A stretch of 32,000 bases of DNA from Geobacter metallireducens GS-15 (GTDB lineage: Bacteria; Desulfobacterota; Desulfuromonadia; Geobacterales; Geobacteraceae), in contig NC_007517.1 in NCBI RefSeq assembly GCF_000012925.1, positions 420,001 through 452,000 on the forward strand, given 5' to 3'. The position numbers were made by a program, and so were the translations under genes. This document shows, piece after piece, positions 27,086 to 32,000 of this stretch (position 1 is its first letter; every line of letters begins with the position of its first letter). Below the pieces are notes generated by a model that saw only the letters and a program-made list of their open reading frames with translations, searched no databases and was not told the DNA's origin.

Positions 27086-29055
27086 GGTACGACGCGGAGA
27101 AATGGATAACTCTCCGTATCCGCTTCATCGGGGGGTTCTTCGTTCTCCTCTTTGCGTTGACGTTCTGCCGAGCTTTTTACCTTCAGGTGATCAAGCGCGA
27201 CTACCTTCTCAAGCTCGCCGATCGGCAGCACCAGAAGATTATTCCCCTTACGCCGGTTCGCGGGACGATCTACGATGCGAATGGCGCCGCCTTGGCCGTT
27301 TCGGTTGAGATGGATTCCTGTTATGCCGAGCCAAAGTCCATGGAGGACTTGGGCGAGGCTTCGGCGCAGTTGGCGCCAGTCCTTGGCATGCCAAAGGAGT
27401 CGATCCTGAAGAAGCTCCAGGGGAACAAGAACTTCGTCTGGCTCCAACGGCGGCTTACCCCCGATGTGGTGAAGCGAATCCGGGACCTGGATCTCGAGGG
27501 GATCGGTTTCGTCAAGGAGACAAAGCGCTTTTATCCCAACTCAGAGGTGGCTGCCCACGTGATCGGGTTCACCGGCCTGGACCCCGAGGGACTGGAGGGA
27601 GTAGAGCGACGCTATGACTCTACGATCCTTGGTGGAACCGGCTATCTGGTGACCGAGCGGGACGCCCTGGGACGCAACGTGGCCCTCAAGGGGACGGTGA
27701 TCCAGAATGGGGCCATGGGGCACGACGTCACCCTTACCCTGGACAAGAACATCCAGTATATCGCCGAGAAGGAACTGGCCCAGGCGGTGGAAAAAAGCGG
27801 AGCCCGCGCCGGTACCGCGCTCGTGATGGATCCCCACACCGGCAAGGTGCTGGCCATGGCAAATTATCCGACCTTCAATCTGAACTCCCATGCCTCCTAC
27901 TCTCCGCAGGTATGGCGTAACCGCGCCGTTGCCGACAGCTATGAGCCCGGTTCCACCTTCAAGACCTTCCTGGTCGCCGCCGCGTTGGAGGAAAAGGTGA
28001 TCCGGCCCGGCGACGGCATAAATTGCGAGGGAGGAAGCTACGCGATCGGCGGAAGGACGATCCACGACACGCACAAGTACGGCCGGCTCAGTATCGCCGA
28101 GGTCCTCAAGTATTCCAGCAATATCGGCGCCGCCAAAATCGGGAGCCGCCTGGGACCGTCACGCTTGTACACCTATCTGAAGAATTTTGGAATCGGCGAC
28201 AGGAGTGGGGTTGATCTGCCCGGTGAAGTGGGGGGAAGTCTACGGCCATGGAGCCAGTGGTACGGCATCGATCTCGCCACTATTTCGTTTGGTCAGGGTG
28301 TGACGACATCGTCGCTGCAACTGGCCTCCGCCGTATCGGCCATTGCCAACGGCGGTGTTCTCATGAAACCCTATCTGGTCGAGAAGATCACCGACAGCGA
28401 AGGGAATGTAGTCACGTCTTTCGAGCCACAGGTGCGCCGACGGGTCATTTCCCCTGAAACGGCCAAAACGGTTTCCCGGATGATGGAAGGGGTTGCCGCC
28501 GAGGGGGGGACCGGAACCAATGCCTCGGTTGAAGGCTACCGGGTTGCCGGCAAGACCGGCACTGCGCAGAAGGTGGACCCGGTCACCCACGGGTACTCCG
28601 CCACGAAACGGACCGCGTCCTTCATCGGATTTGTCCCCGCAGACCGTCCCCGAATCACCATTCTTGTGGTGATTGATGAGCCGAAGACAAGCCCCTATGG
28701 CGGTGTGGTGGCCGCTCCAGCTTTCAGCAGCATCGCGTTGCAGACCCTCTGCTACCTTAAAGTTCCGCCCGACACCGTCGTCAGGAGCAAGCCGAAGACA
28801 GTGGAAGCCAAGGCAATTCCGGAGGCCGCGGAGGCCACCGAGGCCGCCGAAGGGGCGATCGTCGAGGAGGGGGAGGGGATTGTGATGCCCAACTTCCGGG
28901 GGATGAGCATGCGCCAGACGCTCAAGGTTATGGAAGAGAAGGGGCTCAACGTACGTCTTCACGGAAGCGGGCGGGCCATGGAGCAGAGCCCCCTTCCCGG
29001 GCACCGGATCAAGCCCAGCGACCAGGTTTGGGTCAAGTTCACGCCGACGGCGTAA
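27082..29055 (+). CDS. ftsI: Peptidoglycan D,D-transpeptidase FtsI (class B PBP) with a C-terminal PASTA domain
   Basis: N-terminal TM, PBP dimer domain, and transpeptidase motifs STFK (GSTFKTF), SSN (YSSNIGA) and KTGT (AGKTGTA). C-terminal about 55 aa VMPNFRGMSMRQTLKVMEEKGLNVRLHGSGRAMEQSPLPGHRIKPSDQVWVKF fits PASTA. The ATG overlaps the ftsL stop (ATGA). Confidence 0.93.
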   Translation: MRYDAEKWITLRIRFIGGFFVLLFALTFCRAFYLQVIKRDYLLKLADRQHQKIIPLTPVRGTIYDANGAALAVSVEMDSCYAEPKSMEDLGEASAQLAPVLGMPKESILKKLQGNKNFVWLQRRLTPDVVKRIRDLDLEGIGFVKETKRFYPNSEVAAHVIGFTGLDPEGLEGVERRYDSTILGGTGYLVTERDALGRNVALKGTVIQNGAMGHDVTLTLDKNIQYIAEKELAQAVEKSGARAGTALVMDPHTGKVLAMANYPTFNLNSHASYSPQVWRNRAVADSYEPGSTFKTFLVAAALEEKVIRPGDGINCEGGSYAIGGRTIHDTHKYGRLSIAEVLKYSSNIGAAKIGSRLGPSRLYTYLKNFGIGDRSGVDLPGEVGGSLRPWSQWYGIDLATISFGQGVTTSSLQLASAVSAIANGGVLMKPYLVEKITDSEGNVVTSFEPQVRRRVISPETAKTVSRMMEGVAAEGGTGTNASVEGYRVAGKTGTAQKVDPVTHGYSATKRTASFIGFVPADRPRITILVVIDEPKTSPYGGVVAAPAFSSIALQTLCYLKVPPDTVVRSKPKTVEAKAIPEAAEATEAAEGAIVEEGEGIVMPNFRGMSMRQTLKVMEEKGLNVRLHGSGRAMEQSPLPGHRIKPSDQVWVKFTPTA

Positions 29056-29112
29056 CAAGGCTGGCTGAAGAAAGATGAAAATGAGCACAAGTAAATTCTA
29101 TGGCGAGGGAAC

Positions 29113-30648
29113 ATGAGACTGGAAGATCTGGCACGGGTCATTAATCCCTCTGAAGCAGGAGGATCTCTGGCGCTGGAGATCGAAGGGCTCTACTGCGATT
29201 CACGGCAGGTGCGGTCCGGCGGTCTCTTTTTCGCGTTGAGGGGCGTGGCGACAGACGGCCATGATTACATTGTCGCCTCCCGCGACCGTGGCGCGGTTGC
29301 CGTGGTGGTGGAGGATCCGTCGCGGGTCCCCGAAGGAATGACCTGGCTGAAGGTCGATGACGCGCGTCTTGCCATGTCCCGTGCTGCCGCAGCCTTCTAC
29401 GGCAACCCCACCGATGGTATTCCCGTGGTCGGTATCACGGGGACCAACGGAAAGACGACCACTACGTACCTGGTGGAGGCCGTCATGGCCCGAGCCGGCA
29501 TCCCTGTGGCGGTTCTCGGGACTATCAGTTACCGCTTCGGTGACAAGACTATCCCGGCTCCCCACACGACTCCCGAGTCGGTAGATCTGCAGCGGACCAT
29601 ACGCGATCTGGTGGACCGGGGCGCCCAAGGTGTGGTCATGGAGGTTTCCTCCCATGCCCTTGAGCAGCGACGGGTGGATGGATGCCGCTTCGATGTCGGC
29701 GTCTTCACCAATCTCACCCGTGACCACCTGGACTATCATCGGGACATGGAGTCGTACTTCGAAAGCAAGGCGCGGCTATTTACCGAGCTTCTGGCAGCGG
29801 ACGACACGAAACCCCGACGTGCCGCGGTTATTAACGTGGACGACCCCTATGGCGCCCGACTCGCCAGTGACGCGGTTGCGCCGGTGGTGAGCTACGGGCT
29901 GTCTCCTTCAGTCATGGTCCGGGCCGAGATGGTCACCTTTTCTGTCGATGGAATCTCTGGTACCCTCGTTACCCCCCTTGGTACGATACCGTTTCACTCG
30001 CGGCTTCTGGGGCGGTTCAACCTCTACAACATCCTGGCGGCTGTGGCGGCTGGCGTGGCCCTGGGACTCTCCCCGGATGCAATTCGCGGGGGAATCGAGG
30101 GGGATGTCCGGGTCCCTGGACGCCTTGAGCGGGTTGATAACGACCATGGGATCACGGTGCTGGTCGATTATGCCCACACGGGCGACGCCCTGGAGAATGT
30201 CCTGAAGACCGTTGCCGAGATCGCCACCGGCCGGATCATCACTGTATTCGGCTGCGGCGGAGACCGGGATCGGGGAAAACGGCCCGTCATGGGGGAGATT
30301 GCAGGGCGTTTCAGCGATCTATCCATCGTCACCTCCGACAACCCGCGAACCGAGGATGCCGGAGCGATTATTGGCGAGATTCTCGGCGGTATCCGTTCTC
30401 TTGGGCTCCGGGAGTATGGGGCGGAAGAACTCATCACCGGTTTCGATGCCAAAGGATTTGCTGCGGTGGAATCGAGACGCGAGGCAATCAGGCTGGCCGC
30501 CCGCGTGGCACGTCCTGGGGATGTTCTGCTCCTCGCTGGCAAGGGACACGAGGACTACCAGATTATCGGGACGATGAAGCACCACTTCGACGATCGGGAA
30601 GAGGTTGCTGCCGCTTTTCGGGAACTGTCATCCAAAGGACAGGGATAG
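29113..30648 (+). CDS. murE: UDP-N-acetylmuramoyl-L-alanyl-D-glutamate--2,6-diaminopimelate ligase
   Basis: P-loop GITGTNGKTTTTYL and Mur ligase middle/C-terminal domains. The DNPR motif (TSDNPRTED) is indicative of meso-DAP specificity. Confidence 0.94.
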   Translation: MRLEDLARVINPSEAGGSLALEIEGLYCDSRQVRSGGLFFALRGVATDGHDYIVASRDRGAVAVVVEDPSRVPEGMTWLKVDDARLAMSRAAAAFYGNPTDGIPVVGITGTNGKTTTTYLVEAVMARAGIPVAVLGTISYRFGDKTIPAPHTTPESVDLQRTIRDLVDRGAQGVVMEVSSHALEQRRVDGCRFDVGVFTNLTRDHLDYHRDMESYFESKARLFTELLAADDTKPRRAAVINVDDPYGARLASDAVAPVVSYGLSPSVMVRAEMVTFSVDGISGTLVTPLGTIPFHSRLLGRFNLYNILAAVAAGVALGLSPDAIRGGIEGDVRVPGRLERVDNDHGITVLVDYAHTGDALENVLKTVAEIATGRIITVFGCGGDRDRGKRPVMGEIAGRFSDLSIVTSDNPRTEDAGAIIGEILGGIRSLGLREYGAEELITGFDAKGFAAVESRREAIRLAARVARPGDVLLLAGKGHEDYQIIGTMKHHFDDREEVAAAFRELSSKGQG

Positions 30649-30649
30649 C

Positions 30650-32000
30650 GTGTTATTCTCTCTGGCAGACATACGTGAGGCAACGGGAGGCACCCTCGGC
30701 GGCGAAGGGAAAACTGCCGGTGTGGAGGGGGTGTCAACCGACTCCCGAACGGTTCAGCCCGGCGAGCTGTTCGTGCCGTTGCGAGGTGAACGGTTTGACG
30801 GCCACGATTACCTCGGCGCTGCATGCGATCGCGGGGTACAGGTTGTGCTTGCGGAGCACCAGTGGCTGGAGAAGAACGAACTTCCGCCCGGTGTCTCCGC
30901 CGTCGCCGTCGACGATACCCTGGAGGCCCTTGGCGATTTGGCCTGTTTTCATCGGCAGCGCTTTGCCATTCCAGTGGTGGCCGTGACCGGGAGCAACGGC
31001 AAGACAACCACCAAGGAGATGCTGGCCGCCATCCTGGGGCAGACCGGCCCCGGGCTCAAGACAGAGGGGAACCTCAACAACCTGATCGGGCTTCCCCAGA
31101 TGCTTCTTCGCCTCGATAACTCCCATCGTTGGGCTGTCCTGGAGATGGGGATGAGCGCCTTTGGCGAGATCGACCGTCTGGCTGAGATTGCCCGTCCGGA
31201 TGTGGGGATCATCACCAACGCCTATCCAGCCCACCTGGAGACCCTGGGAAGTGTCGAAGGGGTGGCACGGGCCAAAGGAGAGCTCTTCCTGCGGCTCCCT
31301 GCAGAGGGGTGCGCCGTGTTCAACGCCGACGATCCCCTCATCGCCCGTTGTCCCTCCCCCGACGGAGTTCGTCGTGTTTCCTTCGGGCTCCACAACGCCG
31401 ATGTCACTGCCGAGGCGGTCGAGAATCTTGGGCGCAATGGCCAGCGTTTCATTCTCCGGCTTTCCACGGAATCGGTTCCGGTCACCCTGCGGGCCTTCGG
31501 CCGTCACAATATCGCCAATGCCCTTGCCGCTGCCGCGGCTGCCCATGTCCTTGGTGTTCCCACCGAGACCATCGCCCGGGGTCTGGGAGAATTTTCACCC
31601 TATGCCAGGAGGTTCAATCTGGAGGAGGTGGGGGACGTCATCCTCATCGACGACAGCTACAATGCTAACCCCGCCTCCATGGCGGCAGCTCTCACCACTC
31701 TGCGGGAAATCCGCGCAGGACGCAGGGCGGTGGCGGTTCTTGGCGACATGCTCGAACTGGGCGAAGGGGCCGAGGAGGCCCACCGACAGCTGGGACTTCT
31801 GGCAGCCACCTGCGTCGATCGTCTCTACGTGATGGGGGGAATGGCCGGCATTGTTGCTGCTGGGGCACTCGAGGGAGGGCTTGCGGACGATGCAGTTACG
31901 GTTGCCACGAGCCATGACGCCATTGTGGCGGACCTGCGGCGAACCACCGCGGCGGGCGATTTCATTCTTGTGAAAGGATCCCGGGGATTGGCCATGGATC
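30650..32000 (+). CDS. murF: UDP-N-acetylmuramoyl-tripeptide--D-alanyl-D-alanine ligase (3' end beyond window)
   Basis: Not in the track because it has no stop in the window. GTG 30650 lies 1 nt after the murE stop. Translation (M)LFSLADIREATGGTLGGEG...VSTDSRTVQPGELFVPLRGERFDGHDY...VAVTGSNGKTTTKEM...DDSYNANPASM...VKGSRGLAMD is collinear with E. coli MurF. Confidence 0.92.
   Translation, partial: MLFSLADIREATGGTLGGEGKTAGVEGVSTDSRTVQPGELFVPLRGERFDGHDYLGAACDRGVQVVLAEHQWLEKNELPPGVSAVAVDDTLEALGDLACFHRQRFAIPVVAVTGSNGKTTTKEMLAAILGQTGPGLKTEGNLNNLIGLPQMLLRLDNSHRWAVLEMGMSAFGEIDRLAEIARPDVGIITNAYPAHLETLGSVEGVARAKGELFLRLPAEGCAVFNADDPLIARCPSPDGVRRVSFGLHNADVTAEAVENLGRNGQRFILRLSTESVPVTLRAFGRHNIANALAAAAAAHVLGVPTETIARGLGEFSPYARRFNLEEVGDVILIDDSYNANPASMAAALTTLREIRAGRRAVAVLGDMLELGEGAEEAHRQLGLLAATCVDRLYVMGGMAGIVAAGALEGGLADDAVTVATSHDAIVADLRRTTAAGDFILVKGSRGLAMD

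Noticed and set aside
29075-29116. 13-codon uORF (MKMSTSKFYGEGT) whose TGA overlaps the murE ATG (ATGA).
   Set aside because: It is very short and AT-rich, with only a weak purine stretch upstream. murE has its own GAGGGA SD. It is indistinguishable from chance without conservation or Ribo-seq data.

Overview
This 32 kb, roughly 60% GC window is almost entirely densely packed, plus-strand housekeeping genes. The gene order matches what I recall for Geobacter / Desulfuromonadales chromosomes; that is from memory and unverified.

Gene order from left to right:
- a divergent partial NuoL/HyfB-like membrane subunit on the minus strand
- rho, rpmE, thyX, a DUF1385 gene, prfA, prmC, murA
- an eight-gene his operon (hisGDCBHAFE)
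- the macromolecular-synthesis unit rpsU, yqeY, cvpA, dnaG, rpoD
- ybaK, a Sir2-family gene and a THUMP RNA methyltransferase
- a stand-alone tRNA(CAT)
- nif3, a COG1579 zinc-ribbon gene and RNase P RNA (rnpB)
- two small lineage-specific hypothetical genes
- the start of the dcw cluster (mraZ, rsmH, ftsL, ftsI, murE, murF; murF is cut by the window end)

Several ORF-track calls are N-terminally over-extended, and I re-set those starts. Two genes are absent from the track because they run off the window (1..571 minus strand, and murF at 30650..32000).

I see no mobile element, CRISPR array, toxin/defence cassette or other accessory island, and I do not think the window holds a convincing novel multi-gene system.

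The points most worth a second look are small-scale:
- a 66-nt heptamer-built palindromic (REP-like) element plus a T7 run inserted between hisH and hisA
- four GTGGN boxes in exact 10-bp phase between the dcw promoter and mraZ (a probable MraZ operator), plus a distal fifth box
- a long C-rich/G-poor rho leader with a stop/start-coupled uORF
- rnpB lying directly behind nif3 and the zinc-ribbon gene with no promoter of its own
- an uncharacterised Cys-cluster plus small-protein gene pair between rnpB and the dcw promoter
- a C-terminal PASTA domain on FtsI
- the DUF1385 gene embedded upstream of prfA-prmC
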